Virus record (IMG/VR): IMGVR_UViG_3300020042_008783
Location: 3,615 to 67,614 of that record
DNA from: a virus
Reading direction: 5' to 3' (one strand)
DNA length: 64,000 nucleotides
Below, piece by piece: positions 29,159 through 38,949 of the stretch. Numbering within the stretch: position 1 is the stretch's first letter; every line of letters begins with the position of its first letter. Below the pieces are notes generated by a model. The model made no database searches. It was given only the letters and a program-made list of their open reading frames with translations, and had not been told where the DNA came from. The translations under genes and the position numbers were made by a program.

Positions 29159-29871
29159 AAACATCATTCAGTAAGAAAGATAAGGAAGCCGTGGAGGCAA
29201 CCGAAGATAAAGCATTGGTTGTGGCTGGGAGCAGGTCTCCTTCCATCACCAACCGCAACGCTGGGGTGGATGGAGAGTTTAAAGCTTCCGACTTCCTCAT
29301 CCCGAGGATCAACCTTGTCGGCAAGACAGGTAACCTCAGTAATAACTTCCAACCAGGTTCCTTTGTGTTCAACAAAGAAATGGTTGTTGGTAGCAAGGAC
29401 TCCGCAATGGAGGCCATCATCACTCACATCCAAAAGAAATACATTCAGGAAATCCCTTACGGGACGGATGTCATTCCGAAGATTTTTGCCTCGCAAGCCG
29501 AGGTGGAAGCTGCGGGCGGAACTTTGGATATCTCAGAGTCCGAGGATGTGGATCGGTATATTCCGTTCCTTGTCTTGACCCTTTTGGTTGCAGAGCCAAA
29601 AGATAAGAATCCAATCTTCTCGCTTGAAGGTCCGGATAAGAAAAACTACGCGCTGGCGCAGTACAATCTCACTAAGAGTGCGTATCGCGGAGCGGGTCGT
29701 CAGTTGTTGACCGACAGTCAAACCGTCCTTCGTGGCGGGTTGACCAAGGGTCGGTATCAAGTGAGCAGCAAGCTAAACACCAATACGATGGGCAGTTGGT
29801 TTACGCCCACGTTCAAGTTGGCTGGGACAAACGATGACGAATTCCAGGCTTGGGCTTCTAGCTTGATCTAA
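29155..29871 (+). CDS. putative ssDNA-binding protein
   Basis: D..IPR..L.......PG.F; sits between the exonuclease and PolA. Confidence 0.55.
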   Translation: MKTSFSKKDKEAVEATEDKALVVAGSRSPSITNRNAGVDGEFKASDFLIPRINLVGKTGNLSNNFQPGSFVFNKEMVVGSKDSAMEAIITHIQKKYIQEIPYGTDVIPKIFASQAEVEAAGGTLDISESEDVDRYIPFLVLTLLVAEPKDKNPIFSLEGPDKKNYALAQYNLTKSAYRGAGRQLLTDSQTVLRGGLTKGRYQVSSKLNTNTMGSWFTPTFKLAGTNDDEFQAWASSLI

Positions 29872-29883
29872 GTAGATGAAAAA

Positions 29884-29966
29884 GGGGAGACGTTCCGGCA
29901 TGGTGCGACGCGAGAGGCGTCGACAGGTTAGGTGTGTCCTGCCGCGTGAAACACCGGACGTCCTCC
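29884..29966 (+). ncRNA. candidate structured element (multi-stem) after the SSB-like gene
   Basis: Outer GACGT(T)CCGG/CCGGACGTC stem enclosing CGACGC/GCGTCG and CAGG/CCTG hairpins. Confidence 0.4.
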
Positions 29967-30036
29967 GCCAAATGGTTAAGTTTTTTTCTGAACTGCTCGA
30001 ATTAAAATTTCAAAATGTAACGCAAGTAAAGGGTAT

Positions 30037-30339
30037 ATGGATCAAAACAAAATAGTTCCGCCTTCAATTCATGAGGTGGCTTCGGAAGCCTTCACTACTG
30101 TCACTAAAATTATGGAAAAAGGTTCTGATAAGAGTTCATTTGGCGAGTGGTTTTATAAGGACTCTCGTCGGTATAATTCCGATAGAGCAATTAGCCATAT
30201 TTGTAGGGCTATGATGCAGATCGATGGTAATGGGCAAGACCCGGATTTAGGGGGAGAAACATCTATCGATCACCTAGAGCGAGCCCTAGTAAGGGCGGCC
30301 TTTCTATTGTTTAAATGTAAAAGGGGGAAAATAGAATGA
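30037..30339 (+). CDS. divergent dATP/dGTP diphosphohydrolase-like (DUF5664-like) protein
   Basis: G..K....W ... A..H ... D...GE...DHL..A..R..FLL. Confidence 0.5.
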   Translation: MDQNKIVPPSIHEVASEAFTTVTKIMEKGSDKSSFGEWFYKDSRRYNSDRAISHICRAMMQIDGNGQDPDLGGETSIDHLERALVRAAFLLFKCKRGKIE

Positions 30340-30518
30340 TCGATTCATTTTTGTTATGGGTATTTGTTTGGATTAGTAAGCGTTGGTTTAACTCCGTTGT
30401 TTTTGGAACTGATCCAGAAACAGATAGAGCCTCATCTATTTCATTCTTTGAAAATGAGGAGCATGCTCAACAATATTTAGAGTTAATTCAAAAAGGAAAA
30501 GAGGCGAAACAAAAATGA
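30336..30518 (+). CDS. hypothetical protein
   Basis: ATGA coupling with the upstream ORF. Confidence 0.5.
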   Translation: MIDSFLLWVFVWISKRWFNSVVFGTDPETDRASSISFFENEEHAQQYLELIQKGKEAKQK

Positions 30519-30706
30519 TATTTCATTGGGTTTGGAAGAAAACCGGGTTTCCTTATTTGGAATCCCCTAAAACAGAAACAAAAAGCACGACCATGCCAAA
30601 AAAGAAAGGTAAGGTGTCAAGTGGAAAATCTAAACGCCCTAGAAAAAGATAGACTTGCTCAAGAGATTGTTGCAGAATTGGATTACCTCTTAAAGGAAGG
30701 ATTTTT

Positions 30707-31072
30707 ATGTCTAAAGAACACCAAGGAACCTCGCATTGTTTTAAACCCGAAGGTGAGCATATGAGCATAGACGCACTTATCGATGCGGATGCAATGCGTA
30801 AACAACCGGAATACATGCAAAGAGAGCTCCACAGAGTTCATCAGTTTTACAAGCGAGTAACAGATCTGGCAGAAACAAACCATAAAACCGCCTCTACTCT
30901 TGTGGAAGAGAATGGGCGGTTAGAGAATGAGAACGATGGGCTAAAGGAGTTCTGCCAGGAACTCCTTGCGTCTATGGCAGACCTTGAGCAGGAATGTTCG
31001 CAATTCCGCCACAAGGTTAGGTCAGCCGTCCTCGAATTACTACCACATCAGAAAGAACAAAAAAATGATTGA
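30707..31072 (+). CDS. coiled-coil hypothetical protein
   Basis: In operon; start may be 30761. Confidence 0.55.
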   Translation: MSKEHQGTSHCFKPEGEHMSIDALIDADAMRKQPEYMQRELHRVHQFYKRVTDLAETNHKTASTLVEENGRLENENDGLKEFCQELLASMADLEQECSQFRHKVRSAVLELLPHQKEQKND

Positions 31073-31409
31073 ATTAGCAATACAAATTAAAAATGAAATT
31101 GGTACTGACAAGATTAGCGTGGAAATGCTTCCCCGTGATGGCGAGGCAAATATCATAGAGAAGGACGTGCTGAACGGACTTTTTCCACACGTTGTTGATC
31201 TTTTAAACGGACTTCTCGGGGGAGAGGGATTCCGCAAAATGGAGAAACTGGCTCAAGAAGTTCCTCCGCTAGAATCTCGTATCGTTGATAAAAACGGAGC
31301 TCCTACGTCTATCCCTATGGATGAGGAATATCTTTTGAAAAAAGGTTTGATCGAGCCAGAGGGCGGCGTTCAACCTATTGAAAAGAGCTCGGTAAATATC
31401 ATAAGCTAA
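31065..31409 (+). CDS. hypothetical protein
   Basis: Likely start MIELAI. Confidence 0.55.
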   Translation: MIELAIQIKNEIGTDKISVEMLPRDGEANIIEKDVLNGLFPHVVDLLNGLLGGEGFRKMEKLAQEVPPLESRIVDKNGAPTSIPMDEEYLLKKGLIEPEGGVQPIEKSSVNIIS

Positions 31410-31705
31410 TGTCTCATGCCAGTGAAAAACTGGCCGATCAATTCACCGTGATCCCTTACCCATTTGTGGGTGAGCATCGCGATGCAATCGAGGCTGAATA
31501 TGCGCTGCTACTTAATGGTGGGATAAAGCCAACCGAGGTGGCCGATCTTATTCTTCACGCCTTGGAGATATTATTAAACAAAAGAAAAAAAGCCGAAGGA
31601 ACGAACACTTATGATGAAACTACAGCTCAGGTGTCTGATATGCTTGGGCGCCTTGTGGTTTTTGAAGAAATGTTCTCAAATAAAAAATACAAAAAATCAA
31701 AATGA
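31409..31705 (+). CDS. hypothetical protein
   Basis: Coupled to neighbours on both sides. Confidence 0.55.
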   Translation: MSHASEKLADQFTVIPYPFVGEHRDAIEAEYALLLNGGIKPTEVADLILHALEILLNKRKKAEGTNTYDETTAQVSDMLGRLVVFEEMFSNKKYKKSK

Positions 31706-33492
31706 ATACATATGCAATTGACTTTGAAACATATTACGACAAAGAGACATCAATCACTACACTTGGGCAGTGGCACTATTTGCGTAGCCCTGCCTCAGAC
31801 ATCTACATGGTTGCCATTCAGGGGCCAGATATTGACTACGTAGGATGCCCTAAAAAAGCTCCATGGGCCAAGATTGGCGGCCACAAGTGGGTAGCTCACA
31901 ACTATAGTTTCGACGGCGCAGTAATCGAGAGGTTGCGGGAGCAGGGATGTGTTCAATCCAAGCCTGTAGCTTGGGACTGCACCGCAAACCTTTCGGTTGC
32001 CGTGGGGGCTCCACGTAATTTGTTGGGTGCTTCCAGGGAACTTCTTGGTAGGACTATCGACAAGGACCCTCGGGATAAGATGCAGTCCAAGAAATGGAGC
32101 GATGTCGAGGGTACTGAATTTGGAAGAGAAGTATTAGAGTACGCTCGCCAGGACGCCAAAGCATGTCTTGGTATTTATGAGAAGTTCTCCAGTGATATGC
32201 TTCCAGCGGAGTCCGAGCTATCGAAACACACTATTGAGATGGGGTGGCGCGGGATCCAGGTCGACCAAGATGCTGTTTCCGCGGGCATCAAAGCCCTTCA
32301 AAAAGTTACTTGGGAGAGTGAGAATTCATTACCATGGATCGAAGAAACAGACGGAGTGGTTCTCTCGACGAAGGCATTCCGCAGGGAATGTGCAAAGGCT
32401 GGTATTCCATGGCCTACATCTTTGGCGGAAAACTCCGAGGAGTGCGCGTTGTGGGAATCTCAGTACGGTGGGCAGGTTCCTTTTGTTGGGATCATGCGTG
32501 ACTGGCGTAAGGCAAACTCTTTGTTGGCCAAGCTGAAGGTCATGCAGGGTCGTATCAAACCAGACGGAACTATGAGTTACGGATTGAAATACATGGGGGC
32601 TCACACTGGTCGTTGGTCTGGTGATTCGAAGTTCAACGTCCAGAATCTTCCGAGGAATGAAATGTTCGGAGTGGATTTGAGAGGTTGTATTGTCCCGCGG
32701 CCTGGAAAGAAGTTTGTTATCTGTGACTTGGCTCAGATCGAACCGCGGGTACTTGCTTGGCTGTCTGGTAACGAAGGGCTCCTTCAGGCGATCAGAAATG
32801 GTTATGGCATCTACGAGGCAGCGGCTAAGAACATGGGGCTATGGGACGGTGAGAAAGCAACCCTCAAGAAGGTTGACGCACCCCTGTATCAGTTGGTGAA
32901 GGCAATGGTGCTCGGCCTCGGCTACGGTGCCGGGGCGAAGAAGTTCGCTCTTATTGCCAAGATGCAATATGGAATCGACATGACGGAAACTAAGTCGACC
33001 ATGATCGTCAATGATTTCCGGACTAGGAATCAACCGATCTTGGACTTGTGGCGAAAGCTGGAGGGTGACTTCCAACGGGCGAAAGCGGACAAGCAGTTTG
33101 AGGTCGGCTTGCCAAGTGGTCGAGTTCTTACCTACCGGAATATTATGTCCCAATGGCCAGACAAGCAGAAGTATGACAAAAGTGGTAAAGCCAGGAAATC
33201 GGCTTGGACGGCTAGAGTCGAAAGAGGAGGGCCGCAGATTCCATTCTACGGAGGGAAGCTGTGCGAGAATCTGGTCCAGGCTGTAGCGCGTGACGTTATG
33301 GGCGCGGCGGTATTGCGTTTGGAAAAAGCTGGTTGCCCTGTCGTTATGCATATTCACGACGAGGCCGTTTGCGAAGTTGACAATTCAGTTCCGGCTGGTG
33401 AGATTGAACGTCTCATGAGCGTCTGTCCTGAATGGTTGGATGGGTGTCCAATAGGTGCGGAAGCGACCGACGCAGTGAGGTACAAGAAATGA
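31702..33492 (+). CDS. polA: family A DNA polymerase with 3'-5' exonuclease
   Basis: ExoI AIDFET, HTGRWSG, NVQNLPR, motif A DLAQIEPR, motif B K...LGLGYG, motif C HDE. Confidence 0.95.
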   Translation: MNTYAIDFETYYDKETSITTLGQWHYLRSPASDIYMVAIQGPDIDYVGCPKKAPWAKIGGHKWVAHNYSFDGAVIERLREQGCVQSKPVAWDCTANLSVAVGAPRNLLGASRELLGRTIDKDPRDKMQSKKWSDVEGTEFGREVLEYARQDAKACLGIYEKFSSDMLPAESELSKHTIEMGWRGIQVDQDAVSAGIKALQKVTWESENSLPWIEETDGVVLSTKAFRRECAKAGIPWPTSLAENSEECALWESQYGGQVPFVGIMRDWRKANSLLAKLKVMQGRIKPDGTMSYGLKYMGAHTGRWSGDSKFNVQNLPRNEMFGVDLRGCIVPRPGKKFVICDLAQIEPRVLAWLSGNEGLLQAIRNGYGIYEAAAKNMGLWDGEKATLKKVDAPLYQLVKAMVLGLGYGAGAKKFALIAKMQYGIDMTETKSTMIVNDFRTRNQPILDLWRKLEGDFQRAKADKQFEVGLPSGRVLTYRNIMSQWPDKQKYDKSGKARKSAWTARVERGGPQIPFYGGKLCENLVQAVARDVMGAAVLRLEKAGCPVVMHIHDEAVCEVDNSVPAGEIERLMSVCPEWLDGCPIGAEATDAVRYKK

Positions 33493-35618
33493 ACCTCTTT
33501 CGTATACCTAATTTATCGTCGTCGATTGCCAGCTCATGCACACCTTGGGATGGTAACGTCAATCAACCGCCCAGTCTTGAACCAGAGATTGCGAAGCATT
33601 GGGCTATTCAGAACTCAACGGATGGAATGTTTATCAGCGGATTCGAAGGTCGTGCCGCGGCCATGCGTGTAACCAGAGATAATCCGCCGGCCAAGATGCA
33701 TGCGTTTATTGCAGACTATGACTGCGAGCTTTCATCCGAGGAATTTATCTCCGGAATTGGATCTCGCGCAAAAGCTGGATTGAAACCCATGTTTGCTCAC
33801 CGTACTCCGAGTGGAGGTGCGCGGGTTATCTGGATGTTTGAAACACCCATGCAGATTCCAGTTGGACTATTGCCGGCGTTCTTAAAGCGTGTGGCGAAAG
33901 AATTGGGAGCGAAGCGTTTGTTTGCCGGGCTTGACGACAACCACATTAAGCCAGAGCAGTACTATGCTTGGTATCTGCCGGTCACAAAAGTCGGGGATGT
34001 CCCTTTAAGGACAGAGACCTTGTATAGCTGGTTTGCTTCGACAATCGATGCCGATCATAAGTACCGTGGTGAAGGCCCAGTTGAGATCCCAATAGATCGT
34101 GTACGTAATCGCGTACAGGAAATGTATCCAGACAAGTTGCTTGGTAACCTCGAAATCAACGGCAGAACTAATGCGTTCTGGACTGTGACTTCAGATAACC
34201 CTACAGCTTGCGTTGTTACCCCAACGGGTATCGTCAGCTTCTCCCAGGATAAGAGCTTCTACAGCTGGGCTGAAATCCTCGGCGCTGGCTGGGTCAAAGA
34301 GTTTGAAGAGGATCGTCTAGGCGCACCTCTTTCTAACTATTACTTCGACGGAAAGCGATACTGGAGGCAGGACGGTCGTGGCATCTGGCGCGACACAGAC
34401 TCTGAGACTACCCGCAAGGATATTGCTGGTATCTACGGATTGTCTCTTGCACCAATGCAACGAGGTGGAATGTGCGAAGTTGACCAGACTGTTTTGCGTG
34501 TGCGCGAAACAAGACGAGTTGACGATGCCGGTCCAATCCTATTTAGCAAAGAAGAAGTCGTTTACATGGGTGGCCGTACTGTTCTCAACATCTCACGGGT
34601 CAAAGTTCTGGAGCCCAGGACTGAAGTCTGCGAGAAGTGGGGCGATGGATTTCCTTGGATCGCAAAGTTCCTCGACGGATTCTTTAATCCACACGACTCC
34701 CTCCAGTACTTCTTAGCGTGGCTTCACCACTTCTACGTATCTGCCAAGTCTGGCAAGCAGTCGCAGGGACAGGCAATTTTTATTGCTGGTCCGGTGGGAG
34801 TAGGCAAGACGCTTATGGGCACTCAGATTGTATCCAGACTGATGGGCGGTGGTTGCGACGCCTCGGGGCATATCTCCGGGGAGAGTGAGTTCAACTCGGA
34901 GATGTTCGAGGTGGGCGTACTCAACGTCGATGATACCATTGCTTCGACGAGCCACGAAAAGCACTTGCTCTTCTCCAATACGGTGAAGAAGTTTGTTGCT
35001 AATCGTCGCCATCGTTACCGCGCTATGTGGAAGAATCCTGCCACCATCGAATGGTCGGGTAGAGTATTCGTCACGTTGAATGATGATCCCGACTCCATGC
35101 GGGCAGTTCCATACACGGATGCAAGCATATTAGACAAGATAATGTTGTTTAAGGCTTCAGCCAAAGGTATGGACTTCCCTCATTCGCAGGAGTTGCAACG
35201 CATCTTGGACGGCGAGCTTCCTGCATTTGCTAGATGGTTGACTGACTTTGAAATCCCGGAGGACCTTAAATGTTCCAATCGGTTTCAGGTTAAGTGCTAC
35301 CACCATGCCGATATTCTTGAAGATACCCGGACTACTCATCCTAACCATGCCTTCTCGGAGTTGCTTGACGAATTCCTTATTGGGTTCAATCAGGCCAACC
35401 CAAAAGAAAAGACGTGGAAGGGTTCAGCCACCCAGCTACTTAATCAGATGCTAAATGACCAGAGTCTTACCAATCTTACGCGCCATTATGCCTCCACTCC
35501 GGAGAAGATGGGTCAACGGCTAGCAAAGTTGATGACGACAAAGGGCATCGAGCGTGTGACGATTCAGGGCAAGGTGCTCTGGAAGATCCCGGTTGACGAG
35601 GTTGCGGTGACTGTTTAG
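33489..35618 (+). CDS. primase-helicase (PrimPol-like N-terminus plus SF3/D5-like helicase)
   Basis: ADYD and RTPSGG.R; Walker A GPVGVGKT; likely ATG 33489 overlapping the polA stop. Confidence 0.85.
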   Translation: MNLFRIPNLSSSIASSCTPWDGNVNQPPSLEPEIAKHWAIQNSTDGMFISGFEGRAAAMRVTRDNPPAKMHAFIADYDCELSSEEFISGIGSRAKAGLKPMFAHRTPSGGARVIWMFETPMQIPVGLLPAFLKRVAKELGAKRLFAGLDDNHIKPEQYYAWYLPVTKVGDVPLRTETLYSWFASTIDADHKYRGEGPVEIPIDRVRNRVQEMYPDKLLGNLEINGRTNAFWTVTSDNPTACVVTPTGIVSFSQDKSFYSWAEILGAGWVKEFEEDRLGAPLSNYYFDGKRYWRQDGRGIWRDTDSETTRKDIAGIYGLSLAPMQRGGMCEVDQTVLRVRETRRVDDAGPILFSKEEVVYMGGRTVLNISRVKVLEPRTEVCEKWGDGFPWIAKFLDGFFNPHDSLQYFLAWLHHFYVSAKSGKQSQGQAIFIAGPVGVGKTLMGTQIVSRLMGGGCDASGHISGESEFNSEMFEVGVLNVDDTIASTSHEKHLLFSNTVKKFVANRRHRYRAMWKNPATIEWSGRVFVTLNDDPDSMRAVPYTDASILDKIMLFKASAKGMDFPHSQELQRILDGELPAFARWLTDFEIPEDLKCSNRFQVKCYHHADILEDTRTTHPNHAFSELLDEFLIGFNQANPKEKTWKGSATQLLNQMLNDQSLTNLTRHYASTPEKMGQRLAKLMTTKGIERVTIQGKVLWKIPVDEVAVTV

Positions 35619-35644
35619 GATAGTTGAACGCTAGAAGCATCTTT

Positions 35645-36049
35645 ATGAAGAAACTCGTCATAGCCTTAGCTATGCTGTTTTCAATTCCCACGTTGGCCTC
35701 TAACGTAATGATTGAAATACAGCCCAAGAAGCCTGCCAAGAAACTTAAGGTCAGGCTTACAGCCTATTGGATTGGCCAGGATCCAGATACATCGAAGTTC
35801 AAATCTTCGACTGGGTATACCCTAAAGTCTGGAAAGACATGTGCGGTTGACCCAAAAATCATCCCGTATGGCAGTACCGTAATTATCGACGGCAAGGAGT
35901 TCAAAGCGATTGACACGGGAACAGCAGTTATTGCCAAAAAAGCGTCGCATGGTAAACTCCCCGTTGTGGATCTTTTTTATAAAACAGAACGTCAGGCTAT
36001 GGTTGCGCTAGGCAATATGCCAATGCATCCATGGGTGGAGATTCGATAA
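35645..36049 (+). CDS. secreted 3D-domain (MltA-like) protein
   Basis: Signal peptide; TAY, AVDP..IP.GS, A.DTG.A, VD.F. Confidence 0.85.
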   Translation: MKKLVIALAMLFSIPTLASNVMIEIQPKKPAKKLKVRLTAYWIGQDPDTSKFKSSTGYTLKSGKTCAVDPKIIPYGSTVIIDGKEFKAIDTGTAVIAKKASHGKLPVVDLFYKTERQAMVALGNMPMHPWVEIR

Positions 36050-36067
36050 TGACGCGAGCGGATATTA

Positions 36068-36811
36068 TTGCTGGGCAGTTGCCCTAACGAAATCCTTATG
36101 GCCTTTCTTCACGCCAGCAAAAGCGGGTATTTCCCATTCTGTTTAGAAGAGGCAACAGAGGGACAGTACGGCCCCGGAACTGGTCGCCCCTTTGAAATGT
36201 CCCTTGAAGATGCGATGACTCTCTACTGGAAATATAGATCAGTTAAGATTACTGGTTCAATTAGTGGCAATTTTACGGCAACCGTTGGGCCAGATTTCCT
36301 AACATGGATATGGACAGCCACAGGAACCGGCAGCCTCGTAGATGGTGGACAGATTAAAATGAGCGATCTAGTTTGCAATAACTTTTTCACTCAAACTTTT
36401 GCTGTCGAGGTAGTAGTAGAGGACGCATTGCCTAGCGACCCTATTGCTATTATTCCTAACACATTTGAAGGTCAGATTTCTTACAGAGTGGGGGCGGGAG
36501 GTTCATTAAAAAAAACACCCCCCAATCCGCAAGAAGAAATAAAAATTTATCCTTTTGTTAATTTTAACACAGATTTTCAACAAGGCAATACCACCGAAGG
36601 GGTGGGCGCATTTTTTAAATTGAGCGGAGACGACTTCATCCCCGACCCAGAATTCCAAAGCCAAACAATCGTATCTGATGGATTCCAAATAAAAATTAAC
36701 GAAACAACATATAAAGCACCGATGTATCTTACTTATGGAAGCTTTCTTACCTTCGTGTCAGCATCCGGCTTTCTTCTTATAGAGGGCGTTGACGAACGGC
36801 TGACTGAATAG
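36068..36811 (+). CDS. beta-rich hypothetical protein
   Basis: 247 aa; start probably MAFLH. Confidence 0.55.
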   Translation: MLGSCPNEILMAFLHASKSGYFPFCLEEATEGQYGPGTGRPFEMSLEDAMTLYWKYRSVKITGSISGNFTATVGPDFLTWIWTATGTGSLVDGGQIKMSDLVCNNFFTQTFAVEVVVEDALPSDPIAIIPNTFEGQISYRVGAGGSLKKTPPNPQEEIKIYPFVNFNTDFQQGNTTEGVGAFFKLSGDDFIPDPEFQSQTIVSDGFQIKINETTYKAPMYLTYGSFLTFVSASGFLLIEGVDERLTE

Positions 36812-36819
36812 CCCAGCCT

Positions 36820-37065
36820 TTGACACCCATGAACCGACCAGTTAAATTCGCTCGATCAATGGGCGCGTGGATGGGCGGCGGCTTCAAGAGGGTACAGCAA
36901 CATGTCTATGAGAGGCGTCTTGCCATCTGCCGTAAGTGCAGTTTCTGGGAAGAAAAGGGAAACTTGGGCATGGGAAAGTGCTTGAAGTGTGGCTGCGGTA
37001 AGGGAAAACATTGGTTGCCACATGAGCAATGTCCTATAGGATTGTGGGGGAAGGAAAACGTATGA
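36820..37065 (+). CDS. Cys-rich small protein (DUF6171-like)
   Basis: R..IC..C ... C..CGC ... CP.G.W. Confidence 0.6.
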   Translation: MTPMNRPVKFARSMGAWMGGGFKRVQQHVYERRLAICRKCSFWEEKGNLGMGKCLKCGCGKGKHWLPHEQCPIGLWGKENV

Positions 37066-37334
37066 AGAAGAACAAACCTATTTTATCGGCAAAGCGGGTT
37101 CCATTGTCCCCAGAGATTGGGAGGCTGCCGGCCATTAAGATTGTGGGGGAGCGTAAGGTTGACTATGTACAATTAGACCTTGACGTAGACGACAAAGCGA
37201 TGGCAGTATTGGCGGAAGCTGGGTGGGAAGCCATTCAGAAAGACAGGGACGCTTTGGTGAGCTACGCGATCACGAAAGCACTAACTGACCTTGTCAAAAA
37301 CGAGAAAGAAAAAGATGCAAGACACATTGCTTAA
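37062..37334 (+). CDS. hypothetical protein
   Basis: ATGA-coupled. Confidence 0.5.
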   Translation: MKKNKPILSAKRVPLSPEIGRLPAIKIVGERKVDYVQLDLDVDDKAMAVLAEAGWEAIQKDRDALVSYAITKALTDLVKNEKEKDARHIA

Positions 37335-37376
37335 GACTTTTCTCGGAGCGGTAGCCGCGTTGCTTGGAGGTGCCAT

Positions 37377-38333
37377 ATGTATATTTATAGCCGTGGTTTG
37401 GTTTCGGTGTTGGGAATATTTGCGGTCGTTCTTTCGTCGTTTGCGGCAGCAGAAGAAAAGCAAATCCTCCCGTCGGTAGTCCGGATTCAAGTTGTAACAA
37501 CGGGCGGAACTATCCGCGGGACAGGATTCGCGGTAGAAGGTGGGATTGTAACGGCAGCCCATATAGTTGAGAAATCCAATCAAGTAAGCGTGCTGTGCGA
37601 TGACGGAGATGACACCATTGTATTCGACGGAGACGTAGTGCGAAAAGATACGCTTTTGGATTTGGCGTTTATACGGGTTAAGAATGATTTTGAAAAAACA
37701 ATCAATCTTCCCGCAGTAAAGTTTGACACATCTTTTCCTGTTAAGCCGGGTATGCCTGTTTACGCCATCGGAAACTCTTTGGGCTTCACACGCACTATCT
37801 CCGCGGGGATTGTGTCGGCGTCGGGCAAGAAGTCGGGTGAGCGTTTCCTATACTCAGACGTTCTGGTGCGGAAGGGTAATTCGGGCGGACCGCTAATCAA
37901 TTTTAAAGGGGAAGTTATTGCTATGACTTTAGGGACAATTGATACTTCGCTCGCGGGTGAGTCTAGGACAAAGGACACGGCGCCTGAGTTCGCATACTGC
38001 ATCCCCGCGGCGGATATCGTGGAGTTTCTCGAGGCTGATAAGACCAACCAAAAGTATGACGGATTCTTGGGCGTAATTGGAAAGCCAGTAACGACGGGGT
38101 ATAACCAGCCGGGTTGCGACCAAGGGCTACAGATCACCCGCACAGTGCGTTCTTGCGGTCTCCAGCCCGGCGACATTGTCTACATGCTGGCGGACACACC
38201 TATCACATCTCAGCGTGACATGATCAGGGTTATTCGCTCGTTGCCCCCGGGTACGTTTGCCAAAGCCGATATTATAAGGAACGGGCAATTCAAAACGGTG
38301 GAAGTATCGATTGTAAAGAACAATGACCTTTGA
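37377..38333 (+). CDS. HtrA/DegP-like trypsin serine protease with PDZ domain and signal peptide
   Basis: TAAH, DLA and GNSGGP triad; GFLGV PDZ loop. Confidence 0.9.
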   Translation: MYIYSRGLVSVLGIFAVVLSSFAAAEEKQILPSVVRIQVVTTGGTIRGTGFAVEGGIVTAAHIVEKSNQVSVLCDDGDDTIVFDGDVVRKDTLLDLAFIRVKNDFEKTINLPAVKFDTSFPVKPGMPVYAIGNSLGFTRTISAGIVSASGKKSGERFLYSDVLVRKGNSGGPLINFKGEVIAMTLGTIDTSLAGESRTKDTAPEFAYCIPAADIVEFLEADKTNQKYDGFLGVIGKPVTTGYNQPGCDQGLQITRTVRSCGLQPGDIVYMLADTPITSQRDMIRVIRSLPPGTFAKADIIRNGQFKTVEVSIVKNNDL

Positions 38334-38886
38334 TACCCGTACCGACCTGGTTAGGAACCTGGTTAGATCGGGAGGAGTAATCGCGGAGGTCGGGGTCCTT
38401 AACGGAGAGTTTTCAAAAGAACTTATCAACATCCTCAATCCTTCCAGGATTTACATGATCGACCGATTCGAAGGCAACTGCTACTCAGGGGATCGGGATG
38501 GAAACAACGGAGCAGTTTACGACCTAAATGCAGCTCACAGCAGTCTTGTGGAATATGCTAAGTCGAATCCAGCGGTAACTGTTTTGAAGGGGGATAGTTC
38601 AACGTTGCTAGGCACGCTAGAGGCTGATTCATTGGACATGGTCTACCTGGACGGTGATCACGAGTACTCGGGGTGTAAGAAGGACGTAATTGCGTCCTGG
38701 AGGCTCTTAAAGGCCGGTGGATGGCTTATGGGCCACGACTACGCTACCAACATGGTCAAAGCCCTAAATAACTATGTCTTTGGCGTAAGGAAGGCCATTG
38801 ACGAATTCTGTCAGGACTATAACCAAACCATCCACGCCCTTGGAAACGATGGTATGGTATCCTTTGCTATTAAGATCTCTAAGTAA
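38323..38886 (+). CDS. class I SAM-dependent methyltransferase (Methyltransf_24-like)
   Basis: EVGV..G, D..Y.DGDH.Y, GG...GHDY. Confidence 0.85.
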   Translation: MTFDTRTDLVRNLVRSGGVIAEVGVLNGEFSKELINILNPSRIYMIDRFEGNCYSGDRDGNNGAVYDLNAAHSSLVEYAKSNPAVTVLKGDSSTLLGTLEADSLDMVYLDGDHEYSGCKKDVIASWRLLKAGGWLMGHDYATNMVKALNNYVFGVRKAIDEFCQDYNQTIHALGNDGMVSFAIKISK

Positions 38887-38949
38887 TTGAATTAAAGGTG
38901 GAAGCACTTATGCTTTCAGCAAAGAGACTTACGTATCCCATATGTCAGA

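Noticed and set aside
29884-29966. HDV-like or hammerhead ribozyme
   Set aside because: It starts like HDV (CCGGCATGGT) and contains GAAAC, but I could not build the P1/P2 pseudoknot and there is no CTGANGA core.
30037-30339. Z-genome (2-aminoadenine) pathway
   Set aside because: Only a divergent dNTP-hydrolase-like ORF; no PurZ recognised.
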